Positions 56,679 to 64,000 of a stretch of 64,000 bases of DNA are shown piece by piece. A program made the position numbers and the translations under genes. The notes under the pieces are model-generated. The model saw nothing but the letters and a program-made list of their open reading frames with translations, was not told the origin of the DNA and did no database searches. This DNA comes from an uncultured delta proteobacterium (GTDB lineage Bacteria; Myxococcota_A; Polyangia; Polyangiales; Polyangiaceae). The DNA lies in contig CAVOKF010000003.1 in the NCBI GenBank assembly GCA_963696385.1, forward strand, positions 448,001 to 512,000. Reading direction: 5' to 3'. The stretch's first letter is position 1. Each line of letters begins with the position of its first letter.

Positions 56679-58834
56679 TCGAGGCGCCCATCGGAAGCGG
56701 ACGGCGGCGCTGCACTCGTACCGCCCGATTCGGGCACCCCATTGGGGGCGGGCGCGGGCGCGACCGCTGCGGCGTTGCGCTGGGATACATAGGCGGGGTA
56801 CGTCCCCTCGGGGAAGCGATCGATCACGTCCGTGTACGTGCGGACCGCGAGCGACCGATTTCCGTTTGCCCATTCCGTATCTGCCAGCCCGAGAAGCGCC
56901 GGGAGATAGGACGGATTGACAGCGATCGCACGCTTGTATGCCACGATTGCGGAGACCGGATCACCCTGCAAACGCGCTACGTCGCCGAGACCTGCGATGG
57001 CCTCCGAATCCGCAGGGTTGCGGTCCACAATCGCCTGATAAATCTGACGCGCGCGCACGAAATCGGCTCTCTTGATGGCAAGCGCCGCGGCCTGCATCGC
57101 CACCCGTGGATCCGCGCTCAAGGCGTCGGGGCCGGTGGGCACGGGCGCCGGACCCGGGACCCCCGGTGTCGCGCGAAGGACAGGCCCCTTCGCCGCATCG
57201 GAACGAGGCCCACTCGACGACGCGTCCGCCGACGGCGCAGCGGACCGGTCGACGAACGCGTGCAAGCTTGGCAAGAGCGGATACGGACGAGCACGGGCGT
57301 CAATCTTGGCCAGCTCGGCTCTCGCCGCCGAGACGTTTCCGGATTTCGCGAGCGCGTAAGTGAGCGCGGCCTGCGCCCGCCCGGCGTTGCCCTCGGCGGC
57401 CGCCGCAAACCGCAAGCGCTCTATCACGGTCGTCCAAAGGGGCGTGGGCTCGGCCAGATCGAGCGCCGCCAGAACGTAGGCCGTCTCCGGCTGAGAAGCC
57501 TGACCGCTCACTCGCGACACGTATGCGCGTGCCGCGTCCAGGTCGTTTTCCAGGCGAAGCGCGTCGATTTTAGAGCGTACGGCGGCTACATCGTCGGGCG
57601 TTGCGGCGAGCGCATCGTCGGCCGAATGGCGAACGCGGACCATCAGCTCGTCGAATTGAGCCTTTGTCGTCCGAACGTCATCCGAAGCCTCGGGTGGCAG
57701 CAGTCGAAGCCGCAACCACGGAATATCGGCCTTTGCTGCCGCGATGCGGGCCTCGTCCAAGAGCACGCGCGAGTCTTTCTCCGATAGGGCGCTCGCCTTG
57801 TCGAAGTCTTCCTGGGCGACGTCGAGGCTCCCATCCGCCATCGCCTTCTCGCCCTCGGCCAGAAACGATCGCGCGCGGGGATCGACTTGCGCGGCCGTAC
57901 CCGCCTCGTGCGCAACGAGGTACGGCTTTGCGACGGCCCAGCCGACCACTCCCACCGCGAGCAGCAGGACCAGGGTGACCACCCAGCCCCCAACGCCACG
58001 TCGGCGGGGAACGGGGTACGAGTCGTCGCTTGACGAAGGGGGCCCGAGCCGCGGGCTCGCGAAATCGTCCTCGCGGTAGGGCACCGATCGTCGGACTGGA
58101 CGCGTTGGGGGCGGCAGCCGAGAGTCGGCGTTGGAAACAAGCGGCTCGGTCGCATTCCCCGACGGCCATCCGGTGTCGTCGTAAACCACCGGCACCGATT
58201 CCTCCGGCGAGGCCAACGCGACGGGCTGAGCCGCGACGACGGATGCGGGCGGAGGGACCGGGGCCGCAGTCGGCGGCGGACGCAGCGTGTCGACCTTGCC
58301 GCGCAACGCGGTTGCATGCGGCAGCGTTGAAGGAGAAGAAGGAGAAACCGAGGGGGAGCGATAGAACTCCTTGGGTCTTTCGGGTGCGGCCGTCGAGGGA
58401 TTCGGGTCCACCGCGAACGCCGCGGCGGCCCCGTGCCGTCCGCTCGACGGCTCCGGAAGGACGCTAGGCGTCGACCGCTCCGGGGACGCCCCGGTGGCCT
58501 TTGGGCGATTGGACGCGCGTCCCTCGAAGAACGGCTCAAGCTCGGTGATCGAGCCGAGAGATCTCGGCGGACCGCCTCCCCGCATGAGCAGATCCGAGCG
58601 TCGGACCTGTTTCGACAGAATCGCCTGTTGCAGTTGCCGGAGCGTCAGAAACTCGATTTCCGGGCCGCCGTCCGCGCGAACGATCCACGGATGCTCGGCC
58701 ATTCCGCTGCCCTGGGCAGGGCGCACCTTGAATTGGTGGCCGCAGTGAGTGCACCGAACGGTCGTCCCGCGCCCGCTGACGAGAGCGTCGTCAAATTCGT
58801 ATTCGGTCCTGCAACGTTCGCACTGAACATCCAT
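56675..58834 (-). CDS. Zinc-ribbon (MJ0042-type) / Pro-rich / TM / TPR protein
   Basis: CERC..CTHCGHQF, Pro-rich linker, TM helix, TPRs. Confidence 0.85.
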   Translation of the reverse strand: MDVQCERCRTEYEFDDALVSGRGTTVRCTHCGHQFKVRPAQGSGMAEHPWIVRADGGPEIEFLTLRQLQQAILSKQVRRSDLLMRGGGPPRSLGSITELEPFFEGRASNRPKATGASPERSTPSVLPEPSSGRHGAAAAFAVDPNPSTAAPERPKEFYRSPSVSPSSPSTLPHATALRGKVDTLRPPPTAAPVPPPASVVAAQPVALASPEESVPVVYDDTGWPSGNATEPLVSNADSRLPPPTRPVRRSVPYREDDFASPRLGPPSSSDDSYPVPRRRGVGGWVVTLVLLLAVGVVGWAVAKPYLVAHEAGTAAQVDPRARSFLAEGEKAMADGSLDVAQEDFDKASALSEKDSRVLLDEARIAAAKADIPWLRLRLLPPEASDDVRTTKAQFDELMVRVRHSADDALAATPDDVAAVRSKIDALRLENDLDAARAYVSRVSGQASQPETAYVLAALDLAEPTPLWTTVIERLRFAAAAEGNAGRAQAALTYALAKSGNVSAARAELAKIDARARPYPLLPSLHAFVDRSAAPSADASSSGPRSDAAKGPVLRATPGVPGPAPVPTGPDALSADPRVAMQAAALAIKRADFVRARQIYQAIVDRNPADSEAIAGLGDVARLQGDPVSAIVAYKRAIAVNPSYLPALLGLADTEWANGNRSLAVRTYTDVIDRFPEGTYPAYVSQRNAAAVAPAPAPNGVPESGGTSAAPPSASDGRLE

Positions 58835-59272
58835 CGTCTATTTTCCACGCCTGCTGCGCGCGGCGCGCACACCTACCGAGCCGCTCGTGTCGTTTGGGCA
58901 TCCGCTAGCTCGTGCGCTTTGGAGGCGGAGGTGAGATCGATCGCGCGCTTCGGGGTGGCGCCAACTTACACGGGGCGTTCCAGCCTGTCGATTCAACGCG
59001 GCAAGCTCGCTCGAGTTCGCGCTCACTCGATTTTTCGCAATCGCCGAATTTAGGGCGGCCCGGAACTGACAGTCGATCCGTGAACGCCCGTATACACCTG
59101 CTGCCGAGCCGAACGAAATGTGCCGATAGGGACCCCGGGCGAGCCGATTCGTCAAGAGGCATGTGCGTTGCTAGCATGCGTCCCGTATGGGGAAGCGGAC
59201 GGCTTCGCGCGTGGACGGCGAACGACCCTGCTTTCCCCGTCGAGGGTGCGAACCCAAAACCACGGTGAAGTC

Positions 59273-60550
59273 ATGAAGCGTCTTTGGCTTGGCGTCACGA
59301 TCCTTGGTGCGATCGCCGTGCTTGCAGGCTGTCCGATCTATTCGGACTCGAGCAACTACCGCGTTTGCACGTCGACGGCTTGCTACGACTGCCCCGACCC
59401 CACTCTGTCGAACGCGTGCATCGAGTGGCAATGTGGCACGTCCGCGGATTGTGGGGCTGGGTACGTTTGCAACGGCAATGCGTGTGCGCCCGAGACAGCC
59501 GCCGCGACCGACGCTGCCAGCGCCTCGCCGGAGCCTTGTCGGACCCCCATGCAGTGCCCGATCGGATCGGTGTGCGGACAAGATGAAACGTGCCATGGCG
59601 GCGACTGCGCGTACTGGGGCTGCCCCCCTGGGTTCGGGTGCTTCAGGGGCGCCTATGGCGAGGCCTCGTGCATCGAGGATGTCGACACGATCGACGCGAC
59701 GGGCGGGTCGTCAAGCTCGGACGCATCCGTCGAGGCGGCTCGGGACGCGGCCACAACGGCAACCGGCGACGGGGCCGCCGAAGCGTCATGGGATGCTTCA
59801 TCGAATGCTTTGACCGACGCGCCCCCGGCGGTTTCCGCGGAGGCGTCGTTGGATGCCGCGGACGCGGCATGGGTCGATGCCGCAGGCGATGCTCAGGGTC
59901 CCTTGGCTGCCGCGCTGACACCTTGCAATTTCGACGGACAGTGCGGTGGCGGCGGAAGTCGGTGCGTGAACGGCAATTGCACGCCACAAAGCGGACTTTG
60001 CTCCGACGGGACGCAGTGCTCCGCTGGGGAATCATGCGTCGACGGCGAATGCACGCCGCACTGCTCGGCGGCATTGCCGTGCGCGATTGGCTTCGAATGC
60101 GATCTCAACCGGGGCGTGTGCAGCCTCAATTCGACCGTGTGCGCGAGTACCGCCGACTGCCTTGGCGGCACAGTGTGCGTGCAAGCCCATTGCGTGGCCC
60201 CCTGCTCGTCCCCTGATGCAGGAGCCATCTGCCCCGCCACCGAAGTCTGCGCCAACGGCGGCTGCATTCCGAACCAGGCTGCATCGTTCGCTTGCACGAA
60301 CGACGGGTACACCGGTCCGGTCGCCAACAGCTGCGAACTCGGGGCCATTTGCCTGCACGACGATTGCTATGTCGAGTGCAGCCTGGATGGCGGTGTCTGC
60401 ACGGCGGGGCAGGTTTGCAAGGAGGTCACCACCCTTCAGGGCACATTTGCCGTCTGCGGTCCGCCTTCCGAGCTCGGGAGTGAGTGCGACTCCGCTGCCG
60501 GGTTGTACTGCCCGCCAGGCGAGCTCTGCATCGACGGATATTGCAAATGA
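59273..60550 (+). CDS. Cys-rich repeat lipoprotein
   Basis: Lipobox LAGC; many C..DC..G..C..C repeats. Confidence 0.82.
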   Translation: MKRLWLGVTILGAIAVLAGCPIYSDSSNYRVCTSTACYDCPDPTLSNACIEWQCGTSADCGAGYVCNGNACAPETAAATDAASASPEPCRTPMQCPIGSVCGQDETCHGGDCAYWGCPPGFGCFRGAYGEASCIEDVDTIDATGGSSSSDASVEAARDAATTATGDGAAEASWDASSNALTDAPPAVSAEASLDAADAAWVDAAGDAQGPLAAALTPCNFDGQCGGGGSRCVNGNCTPQSGLCSDGTQCSAGESCVDGECTPHCSAALPCAIGFECDLNRGVCSLNSTVCASTADCLGGTVCVQAHCVAPCSSPDAGAICPATEVCANGGCIPNQAASFACTNDGYTGPVANSCELGAICLHDDCYVECSLDGGVCTAGQVCKEVTTLQGTFAVCGPPSELGSECDSAAGLYCPPGELCIDGYCK

Positions 60551-60687
60551 TCTGCGCATTTCGGCGCAATTTATTCCGCCGACTCGCAGGCGCGGTCGGC
60601 GCGCCAGCGGCCCGGAAATCCCGGTTCGTGAGCCGTCGCGAGCCCGCTCTCTTGAGCGGCCGGAAATCCCGGTTGGCGAGCCCGCTT

Positions 60688-61551
60688 TCAAGGTTGCAGC
60701 CGCCCGGTAACACAGCCAACGTTGACGGTTAGTTCGAAGCTCCCGTCGCTCCAGTATTTGTCGATGGCCTCGTGCACATACGACAGCGGCACGTCGGCGT
60801 GCTCGATTCCAAGTTCGGACCGAACTTCCGGCAAAATGAGCAATCTCGCGATCGGATCCTCGAAAAAGTCGCGGCCGTTACGGAACGTCAGCACGGTCGG
60901 TCGCAGCGAGACGTCGACGAAGTCGAACCCGGCATTTTCAAGCTCTGCCGCCAAGACCTCGACCGTTGGCCGTTCCGTCGCCGCACGTTCGATCGCGCGA
61001 CCCACCGCTGCGTCGTCGTATTTGAGAGAATACTCACGCAGCAGGTCCGCGAGTTCTTGGAAGCTCCCGCGCATCGGCATGGCGAGAACCGCCTGCCCGT
61101 GCACCGCCAGCAGACGAGTGCATTCCCCAATCACGCACGCGCGTTCGGCCGCGTCGCCCAAGCCGTGCAGTTCGAGAGCGTGAGAGAAGGCGGACTCGGG
61201 CAGTGGCGTAGGAAAACCATCCGCCAAGTGGTACTCGAGGACTGCGTCTGGCATCGTTGCTGCTTTCGCGCGGGCCAGCGCCAGTGCAGCGTCCGAATCG
61301 TCGACTCCGACGACATAGGCACCACGCAACCGCGCGGCGACTTCGTGATCGGGGTATCCCGTTCGACAATTCAGGTGAACGACCTGAGCATCCTCGCAGT
61401 CGGCGATCATCTCGAGGGCGAGTTCGGCAAACAGCGATAAATAGCGGGGGACGACGAACGTCTCGAAGATGGCGGCTTCGGTAGACGCCAAGCGCAGCCG
61501 AGCAAGCGGTCCCGACGGGCGCTCCCGCTCCGCGTCGGATGCGCCGCTCAT
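60688..61551 (-). CDS. Class I SAM-methyltransferase-like protein
   Basis: HLNCRTG (degenerate motif I), GVDDS..LALAR, RLLAVHGQ. Confidence 0.75.
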   Translation of the reverse strand: MSGASDAERERPSGPLARLRLASTEAAIFETFVVPRYLSLFAELALEMIADCEDAQVVHLNCRTGYPDHEVAARLRGAYVVGVDDSDAALALARAKAATMPDAVLEYHLADGFPTPLPESAFSHALELHGLGDAAERACVIGECTRLLAVHGQAVLAMPMRGSFQELADLLREYSLKYDDAAVGRAIERAATERPTVEVLAAELENAGFDFVDVSLRPTVLTFRNGRDFFEDPIARLLILPEVRSELGIEHADVPLSYVHEAIDKYWSDGSFELTVNVGCVTGRLQP

Positions 61552-62210
61552 TACGCGGGCGCCCTCTTCGAGATCAATGTGCGCGCCTCAGCCACCAGCT
61601 CGCCGAGAGTCGCCTCGGCTTCGGTTCCGCCCTCATCCTCAAGCTGCACCCGCCGCATGTCGCCCTCGAGTGGATCGAGCAAGGCGAGCGCACCGAGATC
61701 GCCTCGCTCGACGACCGCCTCGATCGCGGACGCGACGGCATCGACGTCCGATGATGCCAGGAACCGGGCGAGCAGCCGGGCCACGCCGGGCTCGGGCACT
61801 TCGGCGAGAAGATACGGCAGTTCCGCGAGCGCCGGGCTGCCTTCCGGAAGGCGATCGAGCGCGCGCTCCACACCGACCGCGACCTCCTTGAATCGGTCGA
61901 ACGCGAGTTCCGACAAGGCTTCGCCCGCGGCACGGCGAACCTCCGCGTCCTCCGAACCGAGTATGTCGATGAGCAGGTCGACGACCCGCGACCCGTGCAG
62001 CTCCCCTAAGACCCCGGCAATTCGCACCAATCGCAACGATGCTTCGTCGTCGTCGGACGGCTCCAGTTCGCGAGCCTTGCTGGCGGCTCGCTCAAGCGCA
62101 GAAACGATCTGTGCCAAATCGGCATCGACGAGTTCGTCGTGAGCGATCCTCGCCGCACGCTCCGCGTCGAACAGCGCACTCAGCGTGGCGTCGAGATCGG
62201 CACGGGGCAT
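61551..62210 (-). CDS. HEAT-repeat protein
   Basis: LIDILGSEDAEVRRAAGEAL-type repeats. Confidence 0.8.
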   Translation of the reverse strand: MPRADLDATLSALFDAERAARIAHDELVDADLAQIVSALERAASKARELEPSDDDEASLRLVRIAGVLGELHGSRVVDLLIDILGSEDAEVRRAAGEALSELAFDRFKEVAVGVERALDRLPEGSPALAELPYLLAEVPEPGVARLLARFLASSDVDAVASAIEAVVERGDLGALALLDPLEGDMRRVQLEDEGGTEAEATLGELVAEARTLISKRAPA

Positions 62211-62421
62211 GTCGGGACCGATACCCGGCGGCGAGAAAGCTTGCAACCGAGACCGCGATCGGACGCGCATCCAGATCCACGGCGACGCGATCCGACCCCC
62301 GGATTTTCCAGGTTCCGCGCCGCAGTCCTTCGGTGGATCCAAGCCGTGGGGCCGGACGCGGTGGCCGCGGTCTATTTTCGTTCGGGAACAAACGCGCTGA
62401 TCACGGCATCATCACCGGAAC

Positions 62422-63243
62422 GTGCCGACTTCGATCCGCGTTTCTGCCGCTATGAGCATCGGCTTGCTGTGGGTCCTGTCGACCGGCGCAGGCTCCCCCC
62501 GGAGGTTTCCCACGGCGCGGGGACCGCATCCGCCGTTGGGCATGGCCCCTCTCGCAAGCTTGCCTTGCCCGCCTGGCAGCCTTCCGGACGGAAGCATTTG
62601 CGTGCGCGTGTCGACCGACGAGAGCGCACCCGTTGCCGAGAGCGTCGCCCTTGCCCATCACGATCCCGCCGACAATTGGGTCCTTTATGATCCAATTCCT
62701 CGACGTCCGGATCGGCCGGCCGATTACGCCGCCTACCGGTATCCCATCGCGTGCGACGCCTGCGTCGTGAGCGGCTACGATCTGGATCGTCCTGACGAGC
62801 AGCAACGCCGCGTGCGGCATCTGACGCAAGTCGGTCCGGGAGCGATTGATCTGTCTGCGCACAGAGGTGCCGCAGTCTCGCTCGTGGCTCTGGAACACCA
62901 GCAGGGACCTGCCGTCCTCATCCTCGTGGGGCCGCTTTTCGGTACGACCGTCGTGACCCTTCACCACGTCCGCGAGGGGGGCGAGCTGCGCGAATACCTC
63001 GTATTCTTCGGGCACCTCGATGCTGCGGCGCCGGCCTTGCCGGAGCACTCCGGCGCTCCGCTGGGCGATGGGCAGCTGCTGGGCTTCGTGGGCGACAGCG
63101 GTTCGCCCGGATTCGTTCACCTGCACCTCGAGGTGCGACGCGTCCGCGGCGGCGTCGATGCGAACAAGCTCACCCCAGCCGCGCTGGTCGACAATGCAAA
63201 CACGATCGTCTGCGATCCCCGCAACGTGCTACCGCTGAAATAA
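62422..63243 (+). CDS. M23-family peptidase domain protein
   Basis: AIDLS, FGHL, GFVGDSGS..HLHLEVR, DPR. Confidence 0.82.
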   Translation: MPTSIRVSAAMSIGLLWVLSTGAGSPRRFPTARGPHPPLGMAPLASLPCPPGSLPDGSICVRVSTDESAPVAESVALAHHDPADNWVLYDPIPRRPDRPADYAAYRYPIACDACVVSGYDLDRPDEQQRRVRHLTQVGPGAIDLSAHRGAAVSLVALEHQQGPAVLILVGPLFGTTVVTLHHVREGGELREYLVFFGHLDAAAPALPEHSGAPLGDGQLLGFVGDSGSPGFVHLHLEVRRVRGGVDANKLTPAALVDNANTIVCDPRNVLPLK

Positions 63244-63355
63244 TCCAGGTCAACAATACAATCGCTTGGCTTTTTCCGTTGCCGGCGATGCGCACCTTCG
63301 AGGTGCACCGTGCAATTGCTGACAAAATCAGGAAGGTGGTAGCCTCCGCGGCGCG

Positions 63356-64000
63356 ATGGATGGGAGTCAGATCGACGCGCTCGTGCACCGGCTCGTTGCC
63401 AACCCGCACGACGAGCAAGCGCTCGCGGCAGCACATCAGGCCGGGACGGCGGATCCAAAATCGTACGCCATGTTCCTGGAGCGCGTGGGAACGCAATCCC
63501 AGGATCCGGCTTACGCTTCCCACTGGCTGAGTGAGGCCGCAAACGTCTGGTCGACGACCCTCGGCGATGCGCACCGCGCGGCGCGTGCGCTGATGCAAGC
63601 GATCGATCGCGATCCGACCCAACGGACGGCCGCAGAGCGACTTGCCGAACTCTACCGTCAAAAGGGAGACATCAAAGCGCTCGTTGCCTTGCTCGAGGTG
63701 CGTGCCAAGGCCTTGACGCCGCTCGCCGGACAGAGCGACGAAGTTCGCGGAGAGCTCGGAGCCATTCACGAAGAGCTCGGTCGGCTGTGGGGCGAGAGTC
63801 TGCAGCAGCCGAAGAAGGCGCTCGACCACTTCCGTCGCGCGGTCGAGTGCGATTCGAGAAACGCTTACGCCGTTTACGGCGCGAGAGAGATCCACAAGTC
63901 GCTCGGGCAATGGCGCGAGGCTTTCGACTTGTACGAGGCCGAGCTTGCATTCGAGCGGGATCCAGCCCGGAGAGTGGCGTTGTTGCGCGACGAAGCGGCC
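63356..64000 (+). CDS. Large TPR-repeat protein, partial
   Basis: ATG 63356 MDGSQIDALVHRL...AIDRDP..LAELY; open to the window end. Confidence 0.8.
   Translation, partial: MDGSQIDALVHRLVANPHDEQALAAAHQAGTADPKSYAMFLERVGTQSQDPAYASHWLSEAANVWSTTLGDAHRAARALMQAIDRDPTQRTAAERLAELYRQKGDIKALVALLEVRAKALTPLAGQSDEVRGELGAIHEELGRLWGESLQQPKKALDHFRRAVECDSRNAYAVYGAREIHKSLGQWREAFDLYEAELAFERDPARRVALLRDEAA

Noticed and set aside
60606..60683. Two imperfect copies of AGCGGCCGGAAATCCCGGTT between convergent genes
   Set aside because: Probably REP-like or terminator hairpins; only two copies and nothing further to support a function.

Overview
High-GC bacterial chromosome segment with a myxobacterial (Polyangiaceae-like) gene repertoire: Ser/Thr kinase, Cys-rich lipoproteins, zinc-ribbon/TPR proteins. 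This taxonomy is inferred from protein style only. Two core-like flanks (1-16.9 kb: kinase, ddl, dCMP deaminase, OmpR regulator, uvrC, Omp85, crcB; 49.5-64 kb: PHP hydrolase, EamA, MFS, sppA, TPR proteins) surround a tRNA-Arg(CCT) integration hotspot. (1) Upstream of the tRNA is a 16.1-kb integrated element bounded by a 40-bp direct repeat (16953-16992 / 33094-33133) that duplicates the 5' half of the tRNA up to the anticodon loop. It encodes a tyrosine integrase, an excisionase-like HTH, an ERCC4 nuclease, a primase-less D5 helicase, a SprT protease, putative TerS plus TerL, a scaffold-like protein and a tail-fibre-like protein. I recognise no capsid, portal or lysis genes, so it is a candidate new phage satellite. 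The att site lies inside the integrase reading frame, so excision would swap the integrase C-terminus, and the intact tRNA now depends on element-derived transcription. (2) Downstream of the tRNA is a ~16-kb decayed ICE-like island: integrase, VirD4, PhzF, GNAT, kinase and PhoU fragments, an IS630 and two intact PIN toxin-antitoxin pairs. Other points: a variant fluoride-riboswitch-like motif before crcB and a (CACAATCG)8 repeat in a divergent promoter. All calls are by eye from motifs; no searches were run.
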